Of a stretch of 64,000 bases of DNA, positions 27,438 through 40,353 are shown in pieces. The notes under the pieces are model-generated. The model did no database searches and had not been told where the DNA came from. It saw only the letters and a program-made list of their open reading frames with translations. The position numbers and the translations under genes were made by a program. Positions within the stretch are counted from its first letter, which is position 1. Each line of letters starts with the position of its first letter. The stretch covers positions 330,832,001-330,896,000 of the forward strand of contig OZ024741.1 in assembly GCA_964016885.1 (NCBI GenBank). Direction: 5' to 3'. This stretch comes from Eledone cirrhosa. Taxonomy: Eukaryota.

Positions 27438-28106
27438 TTGTTATCTATTTAAGGTTTAAATACGGTGTTTTTGTCGTATTGAACAGAACAAATCTTGCAG
27501 TTTTGCTTTTTGTTAAATCGCTTGTTAAACATTCATAACCTTCCAGCTATCTTAATTCTATCGTATCGTCCAATTCCTTAATTCTATCGTATTCTCAAAC
27601 AAAAAACAAAATCCTTCCCATTCTACTTATAAATTACTTTAAATATATATAGTATGCTACTTGAAAGTCAAAAATCCGCTCCACCCCTTCACCCTCCTGC
27701 TACTCCACGAGGGGCTGCGGTCAGCCACAATATCTCTCCCCCTTCCCCCCTTCTCTTTCTTCCCCTCTATCTCTCTCTTAGCTACACACACACACACACA
27801 TATATATATATAAGATAAGTTCTCCTTCATGTTTATTCACTTTCGCCAATCCACCGCTGCTTCAATTATTTCTACTATGGTGTGCTCATGTAAATCGTAA
27901 AGTACAAATTTCTCTCCATTCCACGCTCAATTTCGTACATAGTCCAAACAAACATCCAATCTCGCAAAATCCGAAATCTGTATTTTTTGTTATCTATTTA
28001 AGGTTTAAATACGGTGTTTTTGTCGTATTGAACAGAACAAATCTTGCAGTTTTGCTTTTTGTTAAATCGCTTGTTAAACATTCATAACCTTCCAGCTAGC
28101 TACCCC

Positions 28107-28240
28107 ACACCCCTCCCTCTCGCCCCCACACGCCACCATACACCCCTCCCTCCCGCCCCCACACGCCACCATACACCCCTCCCTCCCGCCCCCACACGCC
28201 ACCATACACCCCTCCCTCCCGCCCCCACACGCCACCATAC
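28107..28240 (+). repeat. 33-bp tandem repeat x4 in RTE 5' UTR
   Basis: cacccctccctcccgcccccacacgccaccata repeated. Confidence 0.9.
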
Positions 28241-28639
28241 TTAATACGTGGACCAATCATAAGCCAGAGCCCCCCCCCCCACGCATCACCATTATTATTA
28301 TTACGCGGACCAAATCATAAGCCAGAGGCCTATACTATCGCTTGCACGGTTGCCTTCGATATATGATGGATGGATGGATGGACGGACGGACTGCGGAATG
28401 CTGGAGAGTGGAAGGGAGAGAAAAATCTGGACGCTCAGAGCGAAAATGCCAAAGTTAAAGTCAAATTCACCTCGTGGACGAGAATGCGAGCACTCCTCTT
28501 TGTTTCGTCCGCGGATGGCTAACATAACCCTATCTCCTCCCGCCCCCACCACCCCCACCCTCCAAACGCAACCCAAAACTTCAGAGTTGGTACCATAAAT
28601 GTAGGCACCCTAAAGGGTCGCGCTAACGAGGTTGTAGAA

Positions 28640-31627
28640 ATGCTTGAACGTAAGGAGGTCGATGTTTGTTGTATTCAAGAGACCAGGTGGAGGGGTGGGT
28701 CTGCTAGATTCATTGAGGGTAAAAAACGATGTTATAAGCTTTTCTGGGTGGGAAACGACGATGGACTGGGTGGAGTAGGAATCATGGTAGCAGAAAAGTG
28801 GGCAGATAAGATAATAGACGTAAATAGAGTGAACGACAGAATAATTAAAATAAGACTTGTCCTCAATAGAACTACGGTGACAGTAATATCTGCGTACGCA
28901 CCCCAATCCGGACTGCCCGGCACTATAAAAGACAGATTCTATGAGACACTGTTGCTAACTACCTCCCAAATATCTGACAGTGACTATATAATTATTGCAG
29001 GCGACCTAAATGGTCACGTTGGACAACATTGTGACGGCTACGACGAAATCCATGGAGGCTATGGGTTTGGTACTAGAAATGAGGAAGGCTCCAGAATCCT
29101 GGAATACTGTGATGCAAATAACCTAACTATCTGTAACACTAACTTCAAAAAACGTGACAATCACCTGATTACCTATAGATCCGGGGAACACACAAGCCAG
29201 GTAGATTATATCCTTACCAGAAGACGTGACAGAGTGTCTGTTGTAAACACTAAATCCCTCCCCCATGAAGAATGCACCTCCCAACATAGACTGATAATTA
29301 GCGACCTCATAGTCAGGACGAGACGTACCCGACAGCAGAAGAGGACTATCCTCAGGAGGAAAATATGGAAACTAAAGGACCCCACAGCCAGAAATAAATT
29401 TCAAAGCATATTACTTGATGCTTTCGACAGTAAGGAAGAGCATCTAGAATCGGACAATATAGAGGGACAGTGGGAATTTCTGAAAGCAAACCTGCTGTTG
29501 GCGACAGACGAAGTCTGTGGCTGGAGCAGGCCTGTAGGCAGGAGGAGAGTAACATGGTGGTGGAACAGTAGGGTGGAGGGGTCAATTAAGGCCAAAAAGC
29601 AGGCTTGGAAAGTATGGCGGGATGGGGGAAGTAGAGTAGACTATCAAGTGGCCAGGAGGGAAGCTAGGAGAGAAGTGTACTTAGCAAGAAGGGAAGCTGA
29701 GGAAAGAAAGTTCAAGCATGTTCTACAACGCGATGACCAAAAACGTGAGGTGTTCAGGATTGCCAGGCAATGCGTCAAGGAAAACCGTGATATTGTCGGG
29801 GAGAAGTGTGTACTTAACGATGATGGCATACTTGCCATCACCGACACTGATAAGAAGGTAGCTTGGAAGTGTCACTATGAAAGGCTACTAAATGAGGAGA
29901 ATAAATGGGAGAAAGACAGTCTCCCCCATATCGACCCGATAGAGGGACCAGCAGTGTTAGTCGAGGGGAGTATAATAAGTAAGGCAATCAAGGATATGAA
30001 GACTGGTAAGGCGGCTGGGCCTTCGGAAATAGTTGCTGAGATGCTGAAGGCATCTGGCACGGTGGGACACACCATGGTCACCCGCATAGTTAACCAAGTC
30101 GTACAGAATGGAGTTGTTCCGAAGGACTGGCATAGCAGCATCATCGTTAACTGTTATAAGGGTAAAGGAGACGCCCTAGATAGGAGTAACTATAGAGGCA
30201 TTAAATTAATCGACCAGGTCATGAAGGTCACGGAAAAAGTAATAGCGCAACTAATCAGAGAGAGAATTGATCTAGATGAAATGCAGTTCGGGTTTGTGTC
30301 AGGCAAAAGCACCACAGACGCTCTTTTCATAGTACGACAACTACAGGAGAAGTACCTAGCTAAAGGTAAACCCCTCTACTTAGCTTTTGTCGACCTGGAG
30401 AAAGCCTTCGACAGAGTCCCCCGCTCCATTATCTGGTGGGCTCTTAGAAAACTAGGCGTTGACGAATGGCTTGTGAGGGCTATACAAGCCATGTATAAAG
30501 AAACAGTCAGCAAGGTTAGAATTAACAACGAATATAGTGAAGAGTTTAGCGTAAAAGTTGGCGTCCATCAGGGCTCTGTTCTCAGCCCCCTACTATTTAT
30601 TATTGCCCTTCAGGCTATAACAGAGGAGTTCAAGACAGGCTGCCCATGGGAACTCCTATACGCAGACGACCTGACACTCATAGCGGAATCAATGGCCGAG
30701 CTAGAGAAGAAATTCCAAACATGGAAGCACGGCCTAGAGTCAAAAGGACTTAAAATTAACCTGGCTAAGACCAAAGTTCTAGTTTGTAGGAAAGAAAACA
30801 AGGCGGCGGTCCCTTCTGGGAAATGGTCGTGCTCGGTATGTAGGAAAGACGTAGGTAGAAACTCCATCTTATGTCCTAAATGCAAAGTATGGGTGCATAA
30901 AAGATGTAGTGGGATCACAGGTAAGCTAACTAAGAACATAGACTTTACATGTGGCCGGTGTTCTGGTGCAATAAGTAGCAGCAAGTGCCCACAAAATACT
31001 AGCTCTTTCAATTGCGCAGAGGGTTCTATAGAAATAGTGGACAGCTTCCGTTACCTGGGCGATAAAATCAGCAGTGGGGGAGGGTGCTCTGAAAGTACTG
31101 TAGCTAGAGTCAGAACTGGTTGGAAAAAGTTCAGAGAGCTTATACCACTATTAGCTGCTAAAGGGTTCTCCCTAAAAATGAAAGGCAGGTTGTACGATGC
31201 CTGCATACGAACAGCAATGTTGCATGGTAGTGAGACCTGGGCATTGTGTGCAGAGGATATACGCAGACTAGAGAGGAACGAAGCTTGCATGCTCCGCTGG
31301 ATGTGTAACAGTAATATACGTGAACGGCAAAGCATAAACGAACTAAGGAAAAAATTAGAGATAAGAGGGATCAGATGTTGTTTACTCGAGAGAAGGCTGC
31401 GTTGGTATGGACACGTGATGCGCATGAAAGTCGATAGCTGTATTACAAAGTGCAGGGCAATAAAGATAGACGGTAGCCACGGAATAGGCAGACCTAGAAA
31501 AACATGGGATGAGCTGATAAACTCCGACCTCACACACTTACACCTCTCCAAGACAATGTCACTGGACCGTGACCTTTGGCGGTACTCAGTAACAGAGAAG
31601 ACCCGCCTTGCCAGTAGGCATCTCTAA
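28640..31627 (+). CDS. RTE ORF: APE endonuclease + reverse transcriptase + PHD-like finger (995 aa open; true start probably upstream)
   Basis: CIQETRW, GDLNGHVG, SQHRL; DLEKAFD, QGSVLSP, YADD; CSVC..CPKC..HKRC..CGRC. Confidence 0.96.
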   Translation: MLERKEVDVCCIQETRWRGGSARFIEGKKRCYKLFWVGNDDGLGGVGIMVAEKWADKIIDVNRVNDRIIKIRLVLNRTTVTVISAYAPQSGLPGTIKDRFYETLLLTTSQISDSDYIIIAGDLNGHVGQHCDGYDEIHGGYGFGTRNEEGSRILEYCDANNLTICNTNFKKRDNHLITYRSGEHTSQVDYILTRRRDRVSVVNTKSLPHEECTSQHRLIISDLIVRTRRTRQQKRTILRRKIWKLKDPTARNKFQSILLDAFDSKEEHLESDNIEGQWEFLKANLLLATDEVCGWSRPVGRRRVTWWWNSRVEGSIKAKKQAWKVWRDGGSRVDYQVARREARREVYLARREAEERKFKHVLQRDDQKREVFRIARQCVKENRDIVGEKCVLNDDGILAITDTDKKVAWKCHYERLLNEENKWEKDSLPHIDPIEGPAVLVEGSIISKAIKDMKTGKAAGPSEIVAEMLKASGTVGHTMVTRIVNQVVQNGVVPKDWHSSIIVNCYKGKGDALDRSNYRGIKLIDQVMKVTEKVIAQLIRERIDLDEMQFGFVSGKSTTDALFIVRQLQEKYLAKGKPLYLAFVDLEKAFDRVPRSIIWWALRKLGVDEWLVRAIQAMYKETVSKVRINNEYSEEFSVKVGVHQGSVLSPLLFIIALQAITEEFKTGCPWELLYADDLTLIAESMAELEKKFQTWKHGLESKGLKINLAKTKVLVCRKENKAAVPSGKWSCSVCRKDVGRNSILCPKCKVWVHKRCSGITGKLTKNIDFTCGRCSGAISSSKCPQNTSSFNCAEGSIEIVDSFRYLGDKISSGGGCSESTVARVRTGWKKFRELIPLLAAKGFSLKMKGRLYDACIRTAMLHGSETWALCAEDIRRLERNEACMLRWMCNSNIRERQSINELRKKLEIRGIRCCLLERRLRWYGHVMRMKVDSCITKCRAIKIDGSHGIGRPRKTWDELINSDLTHLHLSKTMSLDRDLWRYSVTEKTRLASRHL

Positions 31628-32001
31628 CAAACTACACCCCGTCCCGCCACCACCCCCACCCCATCCACACCACCCCGTTCTATGTAAAGTTATGTTGGTG
31701 CCGCGCCATCCAGGCCGAAACAAATGAGATCGTGTAGGTGTCACGACAAAAAAACACACAGTCCACGCTGTAATGTGGCCGTGTAGGCAACACGGTAAAA
31801 ACCTCCCAGACCCACACTGTAAATGTGGTTGGTGTTAGGAAGGGCATCCAACTGTAGAAAACCTGCCAGACAGTCCTATGCGAGCAAGACAATCACTCTT
31901 GCCTCAAGTGGGACTACCCCCGTCCAAACCCATGCAAGCGTGGAACACGGACGTTAAACGTTGATGATGATGATGATGATGATGATATACATATATATAT
32001 G

Positions 32002-32055
<54 letters not shown>

Positions 32056-32112
32056 TGTGTATATATATATATGTATATATATGTATATATATATACATAT
32101 ATATACATATAT

Positions 32113-32157
<45 letters not shown>

Positions 32158-32182
32158 CATATATATACATATATACATATAT

Positions 32183-32227
<45 letters not shown>

Positions 32228-32252
32228 CATATATATACATATATATATATAC

Positions 32253-32319
<67 letters not shown>

Positions 32320-33077
32320 CATATATATATATATATATACATATATATATTTACATATATATGCATACATATATATATTTACATATATATGCATACATAT
32401 ATATATTTACATATATATGTATATTTACATATATATGCATACATATATATATTTACATATATATGTATATATACATATATATACATATATATATACACAT
32501 ATATATATATATACATATATATACATATATATATATACATTTTAGTCCAGAATTAGCCGTCGAAACGGCTTGTGCTCAGCCGTCGGGGTCCTAATCGTTC
32601 CTATTACCCACTCTGCTACCCTAAGTATTGAGTACTTTGGTGCGTTATGGTCCACCTGGTTCCTTACCACATTTCCTTCGTTATATATATATATATATAC
32701 ATATATATAGAGAGATAAATATACACGGTTGTGTATGATTGTGTATAAAAGATTATATTAATAAAAGGAATTCCAACTATATATGTATATCTGCATATAT
32801 ATATATATGTATATATATATATGTATATATATATATATGTATATATATATATGTATATATGTATATCTATATATGTATATATGTATATCTGTATATATAT
32901 ATATGTATATATATATATGTATATATATATATGTATATATATATATGTATATATATATATGTATATATGTATATGGATATATGTATATATATATATGTAT
33001 ATATGTATATATATATATGTATATGTATATATATATATATGTATATGTATATATATATATGTATATATATATGTATA

Positions 33078-33114
<37 letters not shown>

Positions 33115-33117
33115 ATG

Positions 33118-33184
<67 letters not shown>

Positions 33185-33185
33185 G

Positions 33186-33487
<302 letters not shown>

Positions 33488-33780
33488 TCTATATATATAT
33501 ATATATATATATACACAGATAGCAGTTGAGCAGTTGAAGTATAAGGACGTGTTTTTACTTCTCTCCCTGAGTAAGCAGCAAGTCACACAGCCACAAAACA
33601 AAACCACAAGACAAAACCAAACAAACAAAAATTGACCGGTTAATACATTTACATACATCTATATTATTATATATTTGAAACCACGTGTTTTCGAACTTGT
33701 GAGTACATTTTCCTTTAACTACAAATTATTATTATATACTTTCGTCTTTTCATTAACTTAATTAATTTCAAATAACCAGA

Positions 33781-33828
<48 letters not shown>

Positions 33829-33964
33829 TCATATTTATATATATACTCTTCTCACTCTCACACAAGAAAAACAAAAAAACAAAAATAAATCAAAAATAAA
33901 TTTAAAAAAAAAATATATATATATTGAAATACTTAACTAAAACACACACACACTCAAAACTAGA

Positions 33965-35113
33965 ATGGCTAACCAGCAAAAATCCAAACAGAACTGGTCT
34001 GATAATGAAATCGACATTCTAATAAACACATGGCATTGCCTTTCCCAAACAGAAGACATACATGCTTCATCTCTGAACGACATTGCTAAACGTACAGTTC
34101 AATTTTTGAAAACTCGATCTGAACAACAGATTCAAAATAAATTAAAGCAAATCGAAATTGCTTTTAAATTAATCAATAAACATTTGGATAAACTACGGTG
34201 TGTTTTCTCTTCGAATGCTGTCCAGCAGCAGCAACAACAACAACAGCAGCTACAACAGCAACAACAACAACAGCTACAACAACAACATCAACAACAGCAA
34301 CAACAACAACAACAACGACAACAACAGTGTGAACCACTCCTTGATTCATCAACAATGGCCGATCTACTAAATGAAACTATTGACCCCCCAGTAGCCTCTG
34401 TCTCACAGCATGAAACGCCACATCCTTTCTCTGGCCCAGCAGTCCAATCATCACCACTGCCAACATCTCTGCCTACTACTACTACTACAACATTTTTGTC
34501 TACTGCTACGTCAAGGAATTTATCTTCTAATACCAGAACAAGAACTCTCCTTCCCACAGTCCACAAAGGTCGTCAAATCCTACCCAAACCATCATCTACA
34601 CCTCTCACAACACACACACCCACATACCCACCCACTCGAAACCCCATCATTTGCCGCTACTCTCTACGCTATAGAATATGTACGGATAGTGGCTGCAAAT
34701 TCACCCATTTACCTAGGACAAAACGATCTATCCCCACAAACAGCCACCACCATAATGCATACTCTAATTTAACACCAACACAACCACCAATAACTCAAAC
34801 AAGGAATCCACAAATCTGCCGTTTTTCCCTGCGAGACAGATTGTGTTTAGACCGGGATTGTCCCTTTACCCATCTCCCGGGGACCCGTCGGACAAATGAA
34901 AATAAAATTAAAAATAAAAGCAAAAACAAAAACCATAACCTACATAAAAATAACCACTACCACAGTCACCAACAGTCTTCTAAACAGGAAACTTCTTCCC
35001 CTTTTTTAGCCATAATGAATCTGGCAAAAGAACTGGAAAAAAACATTCGAGCTATCACCCAGCACCACCCTCCACTATCACCCCACTGCAGAAACTCCCA
35101 TTGCTGCCATTAA
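33965..35113 (+). CDS. LINE ORF1: Myb/SANT-like N-terminus, polyQ, two CCCH zinc fingers
   Basis: NWSDNEIDILINTW..RSEQQIQNKLKQI; CRYSLRYRICTDSGCKFTH and CRFSLRDRLCLDRDCPFTH. Confidence 0.8.
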   Translation: MANQQKSKQNWSDNEIDILINTWHCLSQTEDIHASSLNDIAKRTVQFLKTRSEQQIQNKLKQIEIAFKLINKHLDKLRCVFSSNAVQQQQQQQQQLQQQQQQQLQQQHQQQQQQQQQRQQQCEPLLDSSTMADLLNETIDPPVASVSQHETPHPFSGPAVQSSPLPTSLPTTTTTTFLSTATSRNLSSNTRTRTLLPTVHKGRQILPKPSSTPLTTHTPTYPPTRNPIICRYSLRYRICTDSGCKFTHLPRTKRSIPTNSHHHNAYSNLTPTQPPITQTRNPQICRFSLRDRLCLDRDCPFTHLPGTRRTNENKIKNKSKNKNHNLHKNNHYHSHQQSSKQETSSPFLAIMNLAKELEKNIRAITQHHPPLSPHCRNSHCCH

Positions 35114-38100
35114 CAAACAAACAAATTAACAACACACCAAAACAATTAAAACCATCCACTCTCGCCTCTACATTTTTGCTTAACGCCCAAGGCATCAGCC
35201 CTTCCACCAATACTCAAAAATGGAAGATCAAATTCCTGGAGGACTGGATTGATGTCCATCCAAACCACATCCCTTTCTTCGTCCTCACTGAAACCCATCT
35301 CAGTAACCTCCACTTGGAAGCCGAGGTGAAAGTGAAAAATTTCAAAGCCATCCGTGCTGATCGCGCTGGCAGAAGAAAGGGCGGAACTGCCATTTATGTC
35401 CATAATTCTTTCTCAACAGAGGCTATGAACATATTCACTAATGGATACTGTGAAGCAGTCACTGTATTCAGTCAAACCAACAACCTATTAGTAGTTGGGC
35501 TCTATAGGCCACCCCAAACGCCTGTACCATGCTTCAAGGAATGCCTCAACAGCATAAAGTGTTTCATCCAAAAGTGTAACCCTGACAACATCTTAATGAA
35601 TGGGGACTTCAACCTCCCCGGAGTTGACTGGTCCACAAACAGCCTGCCACCAGGTTCTTCTGCCTCAACCTCTGACAGGGAAGCTGTGGAATCGCTTCTT
35701 GACTTCATGGATGATTTCTTCCTATCCCAACTGGTGCTCGAACCAACGAGGTGCCACAAAAACGTCCTAGACTTAATTTTCAGCAATCACACTGACAATA
35801 TCCACAATATTGCAGTGGAGAAAACTCTACTCTCTGATCATGACATGGTTCTCTGTGATCTGAGATTCCACCGTCCAATATACAAACCCAATGTCATCTC
35901 TCCTGTCCATCCGTTTGACGCTATGGATTTCCACAATGCAAACTGGGAAGCGATCAGTCATGATCTTGCACATGTCGATTGGTCCTTCACGCACACCCAT
36001 ACACCCACTAACATCAAAAAGTCCTGGCAGACATTTGTGGACACTGTTACAAACATATGTGCTAAACACACCCCATTAAGAACTATAAACAAATCTAAGA
36101 GCAGAATCCCTAGAAATAGAAAAACGCTCATCAGAAAATTAAGAGAACGAACAAAAAAATCAACAAGCTGAAATACTGTCAGCAGCAACACATCAACTTG
36201 ACTGCCATTTCATCACTAGAGATTAAAAAAACATAACCTCCAAAACAACATAATGTCCCTCATCAACAATCAGAGAAGAGCTGAAGAGGCCTGGGCCATT
36301 GAGAAGATCAAACTCAATCCCAAGTGTTCTTTTCATTTGCAAAAAAACACAAAATCACTGGCTCTACTGTTGGCCCTCTAATTGATGAAAATGGCACTCT
36401 TCAAGACAATGCTAAAACCATGGGTGAGATACTGCAGAAACAATACTGCTCTGTTTTCAGCAATCCTGATATGGCCGATCTGGGCTGTATCGGCGATGTT
36501 ACTCCCCATTACACCTTATCGGACATAACGTTTGGCGCCCCTGATGTCTTGGCGGCAATAAAGGAAATCAAGCATAATTCAGCAGTAGGTCCCGATAGGT
36601 TCCCTGCTTGTGTCTTGAAGGCGTGTCAACACCAACTTGCATCTCCTCTTGCCAATCTGTGGCGGAACTCACTGGATGCTGGATATGTGCCAGAAAACCT
36701 TCTATCCCAGTCTGTTGTCCCAGTTTTCAAAAAGGGAAACAAATCCCTTGCCGTGAATTACCGTCCAATCTCACTCACCTCTCATATCATTAAGGTATTT
36801 GAGCGAGTGGTGAGATCGCGAATGACCCACTTCCTTGAGAGTAACAATATGCTGAACTCCAACCAGCATGGATTCCGTAATGGAAGGGATTGCCTGACGC
36901 AGCTACTGCATCACTTTGATGACATTTTGAGAGCCTTGGGAGAGGGTTCCAACACTGATGTTATCTACCTTGATTTCAGCAAGGCCTTTGACAGGGTTGA
37001 TCATAACATTCTACTGAGAAAGCTGTCCAATATTGGTGTCACTGGAAAGCTGCTGCAGTGGATCAAGAGCTTCCTGTCAAACAGAACCCAACATGTTGTA
37101 GTTGAGGGAGTCAAATCAAGCCCAGCCAAAGTCAGTAGTGGGGTTCCACAAGGCACTGTGTTGGGCCCACTTCTCTTCATCATCTATATTAATGACATCA
37201 CTGACATCATCAAACACAGCAACATTAAAATTTTCGCTGATGATTCCAAGCTCCAAAAGGTCATCAATGGCGTGGATGACCGGATAAGCCTTCAGTCAGA
37301 CCTACTGGCTGTTACCCAATGGGCAGAAAAGAACAACATGTTACTGAACGAAGACAAATTCGAACTGATCCACTTTGGAAAAGAGGATGCTCTGAAACTC
37401 CCGTACTCCCTTCCCTCCGGGGAAACTCTCGTGGCATCTAACAACATCAGAGACTTGGGAGTAACCGTGGACAGCAACATAAGCTGGAGCACGCATATAA
37501 GCAGCAAAGTTGACATGGCCCGCAGAATGTGTTCCTGGATCCTCAGAACCTTCCAGTCGAGAGATTCCCGCACCATTATCCTTCTCTTCTCTACTTTCGC
37601 CCGACCACACCTTGAATACTGTTGTCCACTGTGGTCTCCCCACACGAAACAAAGTATCATGAAACTTGAAGCTCCTCAAAGGGCAATCACGAAAAAGATA
37701 GATGGCATGTCAGACCTTGACTACTGGGGTCGATTAGAAAACCTGAAACTTTACTCACTCCAACGTCGCCGTGAGCGTTATATTATCTGCATGATGTGGA
37801 AAATGTTCCATCATCACTGCCCAAATGATGTTGGCATCGCCTTCAAGATACACCCAAGGCTTGGGCCCCGTGCTATCCGTCCCATTCAAAAATCTAAATC
37901 GCAACTCATAACAACAATACGGCACAATTATTTTACCTCAATCGGCCCTGCTCTCTTCAACATCACACCAGGACACGTCAAAACAGAAACTGACCACACA
38001 AAATTCAAGAAGTCTTTGGACAAATTCCTCCAAGTAATCCCGGACAAACCACCCACACCCGGATATGTCTCCGCAAACAGTAATTCTCTTCTCGAATGGG

Positions 38101-38120
38101 CCATGGTGCCCAAATCCTGA
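35101..38120 (+). pseudogene. CR1-type ORF2 (APE 35101-36171, RT 36324-38120) broken by small indels in 36150-36325
   Basis: LTETHL, YRPP, GDFN, SDH; NYRPISLT, DFSKAFD, GVPQGTVLGP, FADD. Confidence 0.92.
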
Positions 38121-38238
38121 ATTGAAAGACTTCGCCAGGTGGTGCTATTAAGTTAGACATGGCCTGGGCCAATACTGGCCAAAACATTTCAAAGTTATTC
38201 AAAGTTATTCAAAGTTATATATATATACATATATATAT

Positions 38239-38287
<49 letters not shown>

Positions 38288-38298
38288 CATATATATAT

Positions 38299-38345
<47 letters not shown>

Positions 38346-38368
38346 CATATATATATATACATATATAC

Positions 38369-38399
<31 letters not shown>

Positions 38400-38408
38400 C
38401 ATATATAC

Positions 38409-38443
<35 letters not shown>

Positions 38444-38466
38444 CATATATACATATATATATATAT

Positions 38467-38509
<43 letters not shown>

Positions 38510-38534
38510 TACATATATACATATATATATATAT

Positions 38535-38607
<73 letters not shown>

Positions 38608-38628
38608 TATATACATATATATATATAT

Positions 38629-38744
38629 AGGTTGGAATAGAATGAAACGAAATTTCATTTTTCACTCTTAGTACGGCACTTACTTAAATGTAAGTATGTA
38701 TGTATACGTACATACATATATGTATACAGACGTACAGTAGCATG

Positions 38745-38780
<36 letters not shown>

Positions 38781-39211
38781 CATGCAGGCACACATACACA
38801 TATGTACGTGTCAGTTTAGCGAATATTTATTATAACATTCGCTTTGTTCGTTTGTTAACAAACAGACAGCCTGAATTTATGCCGTACGGTGTTAAAGCAA
38901 CCACGTCACCTTTTTGTTCAACACTGACACAGGAACGATGTACTAGTTTCAAGCTTGTTAGCTATCGTCAGCACCGTATACCCTTCTGCCAGATGGTTGA
39001 ACGTTCGAAAGTATATACGTTCCTTATGAAAATGAACGGCTGAGCAGCCTAATTTGCATATCGAGTGAGTTCAGTCGGCCAGGCGCACCGAAAACGATAA
39101 GTTGGAATAGAATGAAACGAAATTTCATTTCTCACTCTTAGTACGGCACTTACTTAAATGTAAGTATGTATGTATACGTACATACATATATGTATACAGA
39201 CGTACAGTAGC

Positions 39212-39275
<64 letters not shown>

Positions 39276-39332
39276 CTCTTTTACTCTTTTACCTGTTTCA
39301 GCCATCCGGCTGAGGCCATGCTGGGGCACCGC

Positions 39333-39387
<55 letters not shown>

Positions 39388-39965
39388 CAGGCACACATAT
39401 ATATATATATGTACGTATCAGTTTAGCGAATATTTATTATAACATTCGCTTTGTTCGTTTGTATACAAACGGACAGCCTGATTTATGCCGTACGATGTTA
39501 AGGCAACCACGTCACCTTTTTATTCAACACTGACACAGGAACGATGTACTAGTTTCAAGCTTGTTAGCTATCGAGTGAGAAATGAAATTTCGTTTCATTC
39601 TATTCCAACTTATCGTTTTCGGTGCGCCTGGCCGACTGAACTCACTCGATATGCAAATTAGGCTGCTCAGCCGTTCATTTTCATAAGGAAAGTATATACT
39701 TTCGAACGTTCAACCATCTGGCAGAAGGGTATACGGTGCTGACGATAGCTAACAAGCTTGAAACTAGTACATCGTTCCTGTGTCAGTGTTGAACAAAAAT
39801 AAATTCAGGCTGTCCGTTTGTTTACAAACGAACAAAGCGAATGTTATAATAAATATTCGCTAAACTGATACGTACATATATATATGTGTGCCTGTATGTA
39901 TATATATATACATGCTACTGTACGTCTGTATACATATATGTATGTACGTATACATACATACTTAC

Positions 39966-39966
<1 letters not shown>
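38629..39966. mobile_element. Third locus of the 505-bp family: ~2 minus-sense units plus inverted plus-sense arm (junction ~39573)
   Basis: HHR at 38935-38977 (-) and 39733-39775 (+), CUGACGA core; short SINE-like tail insert at 39273-39337. Confidence 0.9.
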
Positions 39967-39996
<30 letters not shown>

Positions 39997-39997
39997 C

Positions 39998-40074
<77 letters not shown>

Positions 40075-40282
40075 CATATATATATATATACATATATATA
40101 CTTATATATATATATATACATATATATATATACATACATATATATATACATACATATATATATATATATATTATATCATAAATCATGTCCTTAGAATTAT
40201 TAGATAAAATATATATTATTTCCTCTTCTAATTAGCATATATTGCAACATATATATATCTATAACTTTATGTATGTGTAAAC

Positions 40283-40335
<53 letters not shown>

Positions 40336-40353
40336 TATACATATATATATATA

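Larger units (their letters stand above)
27432..31987 (+). mobile_element. Full-length RTE-clade LINE
   Basis: Long 5' UTR, APE-RT ORF, 3' UTR, (GAT)n tail; flanked by (TA)n. Confidence 0.93.
33517..38219 (+). mobile_element. Near full-length CR1-type LINE with (CAAAGTTATT)n tail
   Basis: ORF1 plus APE-RT ORF2; 3' end caaagttatt x~3 at 38190-38219; 5' boundary approximate. Confidence 0.88.
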
